Origin: Oscillospiraceae bacterium
GTDB taxonomy: Bacteria > Bacillota > Clostridia > UBA1212 > UBA1255
DNA: 64,000 bases
Assembly (NCBI GenBank): GCA_015069165.1
Contig: SVJD01000004.1
Span: forward strand, 4,091 to 68,090
Reading direction: 5' to 3'
Shown: positions 34,780 through 43,116 of the stretch, piece by piece
Position numbering within the stretch: position 1 is the stretch's first letter
Layout of the letters: each line of letters begins with the position of its first letter
Program-made: the position numbers and the translations under genes
Notes under the pieces: model-generated
Databases searched by the model: none
What the model was told of the DNA's origin: nothing
Seen by the model: only the letters and a program-made list of their open reading frames with translations

Positions 34780-36984
34780 GTGGAATACGTAGAGCAATTT
34801 GAAGCCCTAAGAGAAAATTTAAAGAAAAAGAACCCGAATATAGACCTTTCTGTTCTTGAAAAAGCATTTAATATTGCTGACAGTATGCACAAGGATCAGA
34901 AAAGAAAATCCGGAGAGCCCTTTGTTATTCACCCTGTTGCGGTAGCTACAATGCTCGCTGATATGGATATGGATATGCCGTCTATTGTAGCCGGTATGCT
35001 TCATGATGTCATAGAAGATACACCCGTTACCACAGACGAAATGAGAGAAATGTTTGGAGATGAAATAACATACCTCGTTGACGGTGTAACGAAATTGAAA
35101 AGAATTCCGTATTCCACAAAAGAAGAACTCCAAGCAGAAAATTTGCGTAAAATGTTCTTGTCAATGGCTTCCGATATCCGAGTAATTGTCATTAAATTGG
35201 TAGACAGACTCCATAATATGCGAACGCTTCAGTATATGAATACAGATTCGCAAATTACAAAAGCAAGAGAAACATTGGAAATTTATACACCTCTTGCACA
35301 TCGTCTCGGTATGACGAAAATTAAGTGGGAGCTTGAGGATTTGTGCTTTAAATATTTGGAGCCTGAATATTATAATAATCTTGTTACGCAAATTACTCAA
35401 AGACGAGACCAACAAGAAGCTTATATAAAAAAAGTTCTTGAAGCAATACGAGGAAAACTTGACGAGGCAAATATTACTGCTTTCTTGGACGGCAGACCGA
35501 AACATTTTTACAGTATTCATAAAAAAATGATAGCGCAAAACAAGGCGCTTAATCAGATTTACGATTTGCTTGCAATTCGTGTTATCGTTGACACGGTGCA
35601 GGAATGTTATACGGTTTTGGGAATTATTCACGAAATGTATACGCCTATGCCCGGCCGATTTAAAGATTATATTGCCATGCCAAAGCCTAATATGTATCAA
35701 TCTTTGCATACTACATTGATTGGTCCCGACGGACAACCTTTTGAGGCACAGATTCGCACATGGGAAATGCATAAGACTGCAGAAATCGGTATTGCGGCGC
35801 ATTGGAAATACAAGGAAAAGGGTAGCAAAGGCGGTTCCGGCAAGACGTCGGAATATGACGGCAAGCTGGAGTGGGTACGTAATCTTCTTGACAACCAAAA
35901 AGAAATCGAGGACCCCGATGAATTTGCGCAGACATTTAAAATGGACCTTTTCACCGACGAAGTTTTCGTATTTACACCAAAAGGCGATGTGAAATGTTTG
36001 CCGAAAGGCTCAACACCTATTGATTTTGCTTATGCGATTCATACTGCAGTTGGTAACAAAATGGTTGGCGCCAGAGTTAACGGCGAGATAAAACCGCTTA
36101 ACCATAAGCTCAGAACGGGAGACTTTGTTGAAATTATTACTTCGCAATCACAAAACAACGGGCCCAGCCGAGATTGGCTTAATATAGTAAAAAGTTCTGA
36201 GGCGAAGAGTAAAATTCGTCAATGGTTTAAAAAAGAGTGCCGAGATGAAAATATTGAGCGCGGCAGAGAGATTATAGAAAGAGAAATCAAAAAACAAGGC
36301 TATAAATACGATCAACTCATAAAAAATGAGTGGATTGAGCCGATTTTAAAGAAATATAAGTTCTTGTCGTATGATGATTTGCTGAATGTTATAGGTTTTG
36401 GCGATATAAGTGCCCAAAAGATTGTAAACATTCTCAGAGAAGAATATGTAAAATCAATAAGCGGCAGCAAGGAAGAAGAGCTTCTTGCTAAAATGGAAAG
36501 CAATAAGAACAAAAAGGAAAAACCAAAACAGACATCTGACCACGGTATTATTGTTAAAGGCGTAGAAAATTGCCTTGTAAGACTTTCCAGATGTTGTAAT
36601 CCTGTACCGGGTGATTCCATTGTGGGATATGTTACAAGAGGGCGCGGTGTTTCCGTACACAGAACAGACTGTCCGAATGTTGTTTCAATGAGCGAGACAG
36701 AAAACCGTATGATTGATGTGCGCTGGGCGGAGAAAAGCAAAAGCACATATATTGTGGATATTTGTATTCAGGCAATCGACAACAGCACGCTGCTTTTGCA
36801 GATTGCAAAGCTTATTGCAGAGTCGAAATTGCCAATGAAGGCAATAAATGCCAGAACTACACGCGATAATTATGAGCTTATTGACCTTACGATAGAAATT
36901 ACGGACAGAAGCGAACTTGATAAGCTTGTAAAGAAAATAAGCGGACTTGAAAATGTTTTGGATGTAAGCAGAACCGTAAAATAA
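34780..36984 (+). CDS. relA: bifunctional (p)ppGpp synthetase/hydrolase (RelA/SpoT homolog)
   Basis: HD domain 'HPVAVA...LHDVIEDT', synthetase 'RFKDYIAMPKPNMYQSLHT', and TGS and ACT C-terminal domains. GTG start after GGTGGAGGTG. Confidence 0.95.
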   Translation: MEYVEQFEALRENLKKKNPNIDLSVLEKAFNIADSMHKDQKRKSGEPFVIHPVAVATMLADMDMDMPSIVAGMLHDVIEDTPVTTDEMREMFGDEITYLVDGVTKLKRIPYSTKEELQAENLRKMFLSMASDIRVIVIKLVDRLHNMRTLQYMNTDSQITKARETLEIYTPLAHRLGMTKIKWELEDLCFKYLEPEYYNNLVTQITQRRDQQEAYIKKVLEAIRGKLDEANITAFLDGRPKHFYSIHKKMIAQNKALNQIYDLLAIRVIVDTVQECYTVLGIIHEMYTPMPGRFKDYIAMPKPNMYQSLHTTLIGPDGQPFEAQIRTWEMHKTAEIGIAAHWKYKEKGSKGGSGKTSEYDGKLEWVRNLLDNQKEIEDPDEFAQTFKMDLFTDEVFVFTPKGDVKCLPKGSTPIDFAYAIHTAVGNKMVGARVNGEIKPLNHKLRTGDFVEIITSQSQNNGPSRDWLNIVKSSEAKSKIRQWFKKECRDENIERGREIIEREIKKQGYKYDQLIKNEWIEPILKKYKFLSYDDLLNVIGFGDISAQKIVNILREEYVKSISGSKEEELLAKMESNKNKKEKPKQTSDHGIIVKGVENCLVRLSRCCNPVPGDSIVGYVTRGRGVSVHRTDCPNVVSMSETENRMIDVRWAEKSKSTYIVDICIQAIDNSTLLLQIAKLIAESKLPMKAINARTTRDNYELIDLTIEITDRSELDKLVKKISGLENVLDVSRTVK

Positions 36985-37012
36985 TGGCTTTTGCTTAAAA
37001 TAAGGAGTTTTT

Positions 37013-37639
37013 ATGGTAAAATTCAAACGATTTACACAAGGTTTGTTAGGCTCTAACACATATATTGTATGGGATGAAGCTTCTTTGGAAGCTGCCGTTA
37101 TAGATACGGGAAATCCCGTGGAATTGGTAAAAAATGTAACAGATGCCGAAAAGTTACAACTTAAATATATAATTCTCACGCACGCACATTACGACCACAT
37201 ACACTTTTTGCCTGAATATAAAGAAACTTTTCCTATGGCAAAAGTTGTAATACATTTGCTGGACAACGGAATGCTGGGAAATCCCAGACTGAATGCATCG
37301 GTGCTTTTTGGGCCTGCGCACATTTACGATAAAGCAGATGTTACCGTAGAAGACGGCGATGTATTGAAACTTGGAGAAAGTGAATTGGAAATAATATCCA
37401 CACCCGGACATACTCCCGGCGGAATATGCATACTCACGGGGAAAATGATGTTTTCGGGAGATACGCTTTTTTATTCCGGATTTGGCAGAACGGATTTAGG
37501 CGCGGGGGATGTTACATTAATGGCAGCATCAATAGATAAACTTTACTCTATGGAAAGGGATATTCAAGTTTATCCCGGACATGGCACAAAAACCACAATT
37601 GGCAGAGAAAAAGACGAGAGTCCTTATTTATATTTTTGA
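37013..37639 (+). CDS. MBL-fold metallo-hydrolase (glyoxalase II-like)
   Basis: 'LTHAHYDH' (HxHxDH) and 'TPGHTPG'. Confidence 0.85.
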   Translation: MVKFKRFTQGLLGSNTYIVWDEASLEAAVIDTGNPVELVKNVTDAEKLQLKYIILTHAHYDHIHFLPEYKETFPMAKVVIHLLDNGMLGNPRLNASVLFGPAHIYDKADVTVEDGDVLKLGESELEIISTPGHTPGGICILTGKMMFSGDTLFYSGFGRTDLGAGDVTLMAASIDKLYSMERDIQVYPGHGTKTTIGREKDESPYLYF

Positions 37640-37644
37640 TAAAA

Positions 37645-39099
37645 ATGCAAGCAGAGATTGATAACAACAAAATATATATGGGTTTTCCGGAAGATTTGCC
37701 GCCTCACTATGCTTATGAGGCAGTGCAGATATTTAACGATTGCGGTGGATTTCCGGAATTTATTCCCAATAGTGGATTGGCAGATGCTTACAAAAGTGGC
37801 ATTTGGCTAAAAAAAGGCTCCGAAAAATACGATATTCCTTGTTTTGGGGAGACAGACGAAAAGTTAGAGCACAAACTTCAAAAACGCGAAATATATAAAA
37901 TAATGAGTAAATTTACCGGCTATAGTTCTCCTTGGGGCTGTATGACAGGTGTGCGCCCTGCAAAAATCGTAAACGGTCTTTTTAATTCCGGGGCAACGTA
38001 TCAAGAAGCGTTGGAAGAACTGGAAAATTTTTACATGGCAAGAAGCGAAAAGGCAGAACTGGCTGTAAAAACTGCTTGCAATCAAGATTCTTTCTTGAAA
38101 GAACAAGCAGAAAATCCTAAAAATATTGCCATATATGTGGGAATTCCTTTTTGTCCCACAAGATGTCTGTATTGTTCTTTTACATCACACCCGATAGGAA
38201 AATATATTAAAATCGTAGATAAATATTTGGAGCTTTTGGAAGCCGAAATGCGCGCCGTTGTGCCTGTTTTGGCAGAAAAAGGGTATAACATAGAGTCGCT
38301 TTATATAGGAGGAGGTACACCCACCTCTTTGTCGGAAAAGTCTTTTGCGAAGTTTATGGAATTTGTTACAGATATTGTAAACCCGACCAATTTAAAAGAG
38401 TTTTCTTTAGAAGCAGGCAGACCTGACAGCATTACGGCAGAAAAATTGCATGTTGCGAAGAATTCAAGAGTTACAAGGATAAGTGTAAATCCGCAGACGA
38501 TGAACAATTCTACTTTGGATTTAATCGGCCGCCGCCATAGTGCAGAGGAAGTTATAAAAGCTTTTGAGTTGGCAAGAATGGCAGGATTTACTAATATAAA
38601 CATGGATATTATAGCAGGACTTCCCGGGGAAGAATTATCACATTTCGAATATACATTAGAAAAAATTTCAGAGCTCAATCCCGATGGCCTTACCGTACAC
38701 ACTTTAAGCGTAAAACGTGCCGCTGACCTTAAAAGAGATGCCAAAGCAGAGCTTTTACGTCATGATATTACAGGAAAAATGCTTATTGAAGCGCAAAAAA
38801 CTGCCGCAAACATGGGATTGAATCCTTTTTATATGTACAGGCAAAAAAATATGCTGGGAAATCACGAGAATGTTTCTTATTGCCGCCCGGGTTGCGAAAG
38901 TCCTTACAATATCCATATTATGGAAGAGGACCAGACTATTTTTGCATTCGGTGCAGGCGGAGTAACCAAAATATGTCAATATAATTCTGCCAAAAATGCA
39001 GGCGAAAAGGAAATAATACGTTCCTTCAATGTAAAAAGTGTGGAAGATTACATGTTGCGCAGCAAAGAAATGGCGCAAAGAAAACTAAGTCTTATTTAA
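37645..39099 (+). CDS. hemZ: HemZ-type oxygen-independent coproporphyrinogen dehydrogenase-like radical SAM protein
   Basis: 'IPFCPTRCLYCSF' (CxxxCxxC), an approximately 485-aa HemZ-like length, and 'GGGTPT'. The start could be TTG 37636, which overlaps the MBL stop. Confidence 0.75.
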   Translation: MQAEIDNNKIYMGFPEDLPPHYAYEAVQIFNDCGGFPEFIPNSGLADAYKSGIWLKKGSEKYDIPCFGETDEKLEHKLQKREIYKIMSKFTGYSSPWGCMTGVRPAKIVNGLFNSGATYQEALEELENFYMARSEKAELAVKTACNQDSFLKEQAENPKNIAIYVGIPFCPTRCLYCSFTSHPIGKYIKIVDKYLELLEAEMRAVVPVLAEKGYNIESLYIGGGTPTSLSEKSFAKFMEFVTDIVNPTNLKEFSLEAGRPDSITAEKLHVAKNSRVTRISVNPQTMNNSTLDLIGRRHSAEEVIKAFELARMAGFTNINMDIIAGLPGEELSHFEYTLEKISELNPDGLTVHTLSVKRAADLKRDAKAELLRHDITGKMLIEAQKTAANMGLNPFYMYRQKNMLGNHENVSYCRPGCESPYNIHIMEEDQTIFAFGAGGVTKICQYNSAKNAGEKEIIRSFNVKSVEDYMLRSKEMAQRKLSLI

Positions 39100-40144
39100 A
39101 AATTTCATTTATTAAACTACAAGCTTCTTCAAGTGTGCGAGCTTTGAAAATGCGGTCGCGTACTGCAGCTGCACCCTTAACACCTTTTGTATACCAAGCT
39201 AAATGTTTGCGCATTTCGGTAATTCCGTGATTTTCGCCTTTGAAGCAAACTGCGTGTTCTATGTGAGCGTTAATTGTTGATATTATGTCTTCTTTTGAAG
39301 GAATGTAAGGATTTTCCGCAGGTGTTAAAAGTTCCCTAAAAAGCCAAGGTTTGCCAAGAGCCGCACGGCCTATCATAATGCCGCTGCAACCGGTAGTTTC
39401 AAACATATTAAGTGCAGTTTCCGCACAAACAATATCACCGTTTCCTATAACGGGAATTTTTAGCACATTTACCACTTTTTTTATGGCTTCTGTATTGCAT
39501 TTGCCCGAATAATATTCGTCGCGGAATCTTCCGTGCACAGTAACCGCAGCAGCACCGCCGGATTCCGCCGCAAGAGCAGCTTCCACGCAAAGCTCATTGT
39601 CAATCTCATAACCTCTGCGAATTTTTACAGTAACAGGCAAACCGCAAGCCGATACGCTGTTTACGATTTTTTCAATTAAAAGGGGATTTTTGAGAAGTGC
39701 ACTGCCTTCTCCGTTAGAAGTTACTTTTTGCATGGGGCAGCCCATGTTTATATCGATGGCAACTACGCCTCTGCCTTTGAAAACAGCGGCACATTCTGCC
39801 ATGATTTCCGGCTCACTTCCAAAAATTTGCACGGAAAGAGGTGCTTCTTTAGGGTCGGAATCTGCCAGCGCAATACTGTTGTTTCCTTTATAGTGAACGC
39901 CTTTAGCGCTTATCATTTCAGAAAAAACAAGACCGGGGGAATATGGTGAATTTTTACAAACGAGGCGAAAGGGCAAATCTGTAACGCCGGCAAGCGGTGC
40001 AAGCCACACATTGTTTTCTACGCATAAATCGGTTTCTTTGCCGTGAAGCGTGATGGGGTTAATGTATTGCTGTAATTTGCTCAAAGCCTCAGTGTTTTGT
40101 GAAGCTGTATTTTGTTTTATTTCGCCGCTGCGTTCAAAATTCAT
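39092..40144 (-). CDS. dusB: tRNA dihydrouridine synthase B
   Basis: 'LAPLAGVTDLPFR', 'DINMGCP', 'VTVKIRRG', 'VTVHGR'. ATG 40144 follows GAGGT; the track start at 40204 is less likely. Confidence 0.9.
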   Translation of the reverse strand: MNFERSGEIKQNTASQNTEALSKLQQYINPITLHGKETDLCVENNVWLAPLAGVTDLPFRLVCKNSPYSPGLVFSEMISAKGVHYKGNNSIALADSDPKEAPLSVQIFGSEPEIMAECAAVFKGRGVVAIDINMGCPMQKVTSNGEGSALLKNPLLIEKIVNSVSACGLPVTVKIRRGYEIDNELCVEAALAAESGGAAAVTVHGRFRDEYYSGKCNTEAIKKVVNVLKIPVIGNGDIVCAETALNMFETTGCSGIMIGRAALGKPWLFRELLTPAENPYIPSKEDIISTINAHIEHAVCFKGENHGITEMRKHLAWYTKGVKGAAAVRDRIFKARTLEEACSLINEIFK

Positions 40145-40204
40145 AAAGTTACCTCGCAATTGAAAACTGTAGACAAGTTTAAACGAAGAAAAGAGATGTG
40201 TCAA

Positions 40205-40234
40205 TTGTTTGTGGGGAGGAAATTGTGGTACAAT
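40205..40234 (+). promoter_or_regulatory. putative promoter TTGTTT-18 nt-(TGg)TACAAT heading the tad leader
   Basis: Extended -10 TGgTACAAT at 40226-40234. It would give a 5' leader of about 215 nt before cpaF. Confidence 0.35.
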
Positions 40235-40456
40235 CCGTCAAAAAATTTTTCAGACAAAATATCTAAATAAATTAAGGAAGCTTCATAGGTTTTGCATACA
40301 TTATTTCGCTCGAAATGAGTCGGAAACGGTCGAATACGGACGAACGAAACTTCTTGCTTTACAATACAAAAACGGCTATATTAAGCATACAAAAACCAAG
40401 GAGGTGGTTTCATAGATGACAGATATTTAGTCGAAATAGTTGAGAGAAATTTAGCA

Positions 40457-41518
40457 ATGCGTATGGATATGTCAAGAGAATACAGCGATATTGAGTTGAA
40501 AAGACTTATTGATGATTGCATTGAAGACGTTTTAAGAAAAATACCGGCTATGCAGATAGATACGAAACATTTGTCGGCAGAGGTTTTTAACGGCAGACGG
40601 CGTATGGGAATTATTCAGCCGTTCTTTGAAGATTCTGCGGTAAATGAAATAATGATAAACGGTACGGATGGTATTTTTTTGGAGAAAGATGGCGCTCTTG
40701 TGGATTCGGGAGTGCGATATGACAGCAAAGAAGAACTTTTTCACAATATTCAAACAATGCTCACTCAGAGCAACAGAACAGTCAATGAAAGCAGTCCGAT
40801 AGTAGATGCGAGGATGCCAAACGGTGCAAGGATAAATGTGGTTTTAAATCCTTTGGCAATTAACGGACCTATAGTAACAATCAGAAAATTTACGAAGCAA
40901 CAATACACAATTGAAGATTTTATAAAAAACGAAACGCTGACAGAAAAAATGGCAGAGTACTTGAAGCACGCAGTTTTTTCGGGGAAAAGCTTGGTGATTT
41001 CAGGAAGTACTTCTTCGGGGAAAACTACATTTTTAAATATGCTTGCAACGTTTATTCCGCCTGAGGAGAGGATTATAACGATAGAAGACTCTGCAGAGCT
41101 TAAAATTAAGCATAGCAACATAGTAAAAATGGAAACGAGAAATGCAAATACAGAAGGGTGCGGCGAAATTAAAATGCGTGCGCTTATAAAAGCGGCACTT
41201 CGTATGAGACCGGACAGGCTCATTATCGGAGAAGTGCGTGACGAAAGTGCATTGGAATTGCTTACTGCAATGTGTACAGGGCACAGCGGCTCGATGTCTA
41301 CAATACACGCAAATTCGGCAGAAGATACGCTTGTAAGGCTTGAAACGATGGCTTTGTGGGAAGGACACGTTCATTCAGAGGCAATAAAAAGAATGATAAT
41401 TTCGGGAGTAGATGTAATTGTTTATCTTGAAAGAAGCAAAAACAAAAGGCGTGTAAAGGAAATTGCGGAGGTAAATAAGAATGAAAAAGAAAGGATTTCA
41501 TTGGAATACGTGTTTTAA
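40457..41518 (+). CDS. tadA: CpaF/TadA-family type IV pilus (Tad) secretion ATPase
   Basis: Walker A 'GSTSSGKTTFLN', 'ITIEDSAEL', Walker B 'RPDRLIIGEVRD', and the His box 'TGHSGSMSTIHA'. Confidence 0.88.
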   Translation: MRMDMSREYSDIELKRLIDDCIEDVLRKIPAMQIDTKHLSAEVFNGRRRMGIIQPFFEDSAVNEIMINGTDGIFLEKDGALVDSGVRYDSKEELFHNIQTMLTQSNRTVNESSPIVDARMPNGARINVVLNPLAINGPIVTIRKFTKQQYTIEDFIKNETLTEKMAEYLKHAVFSGKSLVISGSTSSGKTTFLNMLATFIPPEERIITIEDSAELKIKHSNIVKMETRNANTEGCGEIKMRALIKAALRMRPDRLIIGEVRDESALELLTAMCTGHSGSMSTIHANSAEDTLVRLETMALWEGHVHSEAIKRMIISGVDVIVYLERSKNKRRVKEIAEVNKNEKERISLEYVF

Positions 41519-42203
41519 TTATGTGCTTGTGTATGTTTTTGCGGCAATTTGTGTTTTTCAAGCGATGTTTGCCAGATGGGATATAAGTTTTTTGCTGATG
41601 CTTTGCACTTTGCCGGTGTTTTTAAAGAAAATAAAAATTTATATCCGTAAAAAAAGACAAGAAAAGATTGAAAAGGAATTCTATAAGCTTTTAAGTCATA
41701 TTTCTGTGACAATGTCCTCCGGCAGTTCTTTGGAAAGTGCAATAAAAGAAGCCGCTTTGCTTGGGAAAAAGGAGTATAAAGTGCTTTGGAAAGAGCTTGA
41801 AAGTTCATACAGAATGCTCCAAAACAATTATTCGCCGGAATATGTGTTTTTGTCGCTTGCTAAAAAAACAGATAATCACGAAATTAAAACGTTTTCCGAG
41901 ATACTTTCTGTTGGTATACCGGCCGGTATAAATCTTACCGGATTGATCAGATGGTTGTCTTCTGCATACAGAATGCGTTTTGATACAGAGAGTGAAATAG
42001 CGAGGATTTTAAATGCACCTAAATACAACAATAGAATCATGATGATAATGCCTGTTGTTTGTATAGTGCTTTTTAAACAAATAGCTCCTTCGTATATGCA
42101 ACCTCTATATTCAGGGGCAGGCAGAATTGTAATGATAGCAGTGTTTGTGCTTGTTTTATTTGCGTGGTTAATAGGAGATAAATTGGGAGATATAGAGTAT
42201 TAA
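41481..42203 (+). CDS. tadB: TadB-like type II secretion system F-domain membrane protein
   Basis: T2SSF-like cytoplasmic domain flanked by TM segments. It overlaps the tadA 3' end. Confidence 0.7.
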   Translation: MKKKGFHWNTCFNYVLVYVFAAICVFQAMFARWDISFLLMLCTLPVFLKKIKIYIRKKRQEKIEKEFYKLLSHISVTMSSGSSLESAIKEAALLGKKEYKVLWKELESSYRMLQNNYSPEYVFLSLAKKTDNHEIKTFSEILSVGIPAGINLTGLIRWLSSAYRMRFDTESEIARILNAPKYNNRIMMIMPVVCIVLFKQIAPSYMQPLYSGAGRIVMIAVFVLVLFAWLIGDKLGDIEY

Positions 42204-42225
42204 ATATTAAAAAGGGGGAGAGTGA

Positions 42226-42855
42226 TTGAAATTAAATAACAAAATTGTTTGTGTTTTCTGCGGAGTTGTTTTTTTGATTTTGTCCTTAATTATGGGAGAA
42301 AGCATACCTTTTTGCATCGGAATGGGTATAGGGTGCGGAGTGTTAAGCTTTATTATCATAAGAGTAACAGAACAGAAAAAAATACGAATGCGAAACAGAA
42401 GCTACGAAATGGAGTTACCTGACTTTATGACATATATTGCTATGTTCACACAGGCAGGTATGGGAATACAGGAAGCTTTGGAAAGAGCTGCAAACATAGG
42501 AGATAAAAACAAACAGCTTTATGAAGACTTAAATCAAGTTTTTATAAAAGTTCGCAAAGGTGCTACAAAAGATTTTATTACAGGATTGGAAGAATTGGCA
42601 GATTACAGAAAATCGGCGGCACTAAGCAACTTTTGCATAACAATTGTACAGAATATGAGAAAAGGAAGTGCGGAGATAAGTGAGTTGTTTACGATGCAGG
42701 CACAGCTTTACAGAAATGAAAGACGGCGTATTGCAGGTAAATTAGCAGACGAAGCGGCTACTTTGTTGTTAATTCCGTCTACACTTGTTTTGGTTGCGCT
42801 GATAGTAATGCTTTTGGCACCGGCATTGATGGAAATATTTAACGGACTTCAGTGA
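42226..42855 (+). CDS. tadC: TadC-like type II secretion system F-domain membrane protein
   Basis: Second T2SSF-type protein ('AGMGIQEALERAA...', C-terminal TM). TTG start after GGGGGAGAGTG. Confidence 0.7.
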   Translation: MKLNNKIVCVFCGVVFLILSLIMGESIPFCIGMGIGCGVLSFIIIRVTEQKKIRMRNRSYEMELPDFMTYIAMFTQAGMGIQEALERAANIGDKNKQLYEDLNQVFIKVRKGATKDFITGLEELADYRKSAALSNFCITIVQNMRKGSAEISELFTMQAQLYRNERRRIAGKLADEAATLLLIPSTLVLVALIVMLLAPALMEIFNGLQ

Positions 42856-42880
42856 AAGATAAAAGAAAGGAATTTTATAG

Positions 42881-43087
42881 ATGGGCGTTATGCTATATAT
42901 AAAGGTCAAATCGTTCTGGGACAGATTGGTAAAAGGAGAATCGGGAATGGGAACAATAGAGATAATAATCATTATTGCCGTTTTGGTGGCATTAGCTCTC
43001 ATTTTCAGAAATTTTATTATGGAGCTTGCGGACATGGTTTTTGAGAAAATAAAGTCAAAAACAGAATCGACAATCAATTCTCTTTGA
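42881..43087 (+). CDS. flp: Flp-family (Flp1-like) type IVb pilin
   Basis: 'KGESG/MGTIEIIIIIAVLVALALIF' fits the Flp G/xxxxE(Y) processing motif followed by a hydrophobic helix. An internal ATG at 42947 with a strong SD is an alternative start. Confidence 0.65.
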   Translation: MGVMLYIKVKSFWDRLVKGESGMGTIEIIIIIAVLVALALIFRNFIMELADMVFEKIKSKTESTINSL

Positions 43088-43116
43088 TGGGATTGTTGCG
43101 TAAACAGGAGGCTGAC

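Noticed and set aside
35161-35898. A 245-aa minus-strand ORF inside relA, together with several other overlapping ORFs at 35697-35992.
   Set aside because: They are shadow ORFs antisense to, or out of frame with, a full-length RelA/SpoT gene that has intact HD and synthetase motifs. Their composition is atypical of real proteins.
40209-40415. A 68-aa ORF in the dusB/tadA intergenic region.
   Set aside because: It has no SD, a basic low-complexity sequence, and contains the putative tad promoter. It is more plausibly a non-coding leader.
40235-40456. A c-di-GMP riboswitch (GEMM-I/II), common upstream of clostridial pilus genes, was looked for in the tad leader.
   Set aside because: I could not find the conserved GEMM features (paired hairpins with a GNRA tetraloop and receptor, and the conserved ACGCACAGGGCAAACC-like core), only short GAAA hairpins. 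This needs cmscan to exclude it formally.
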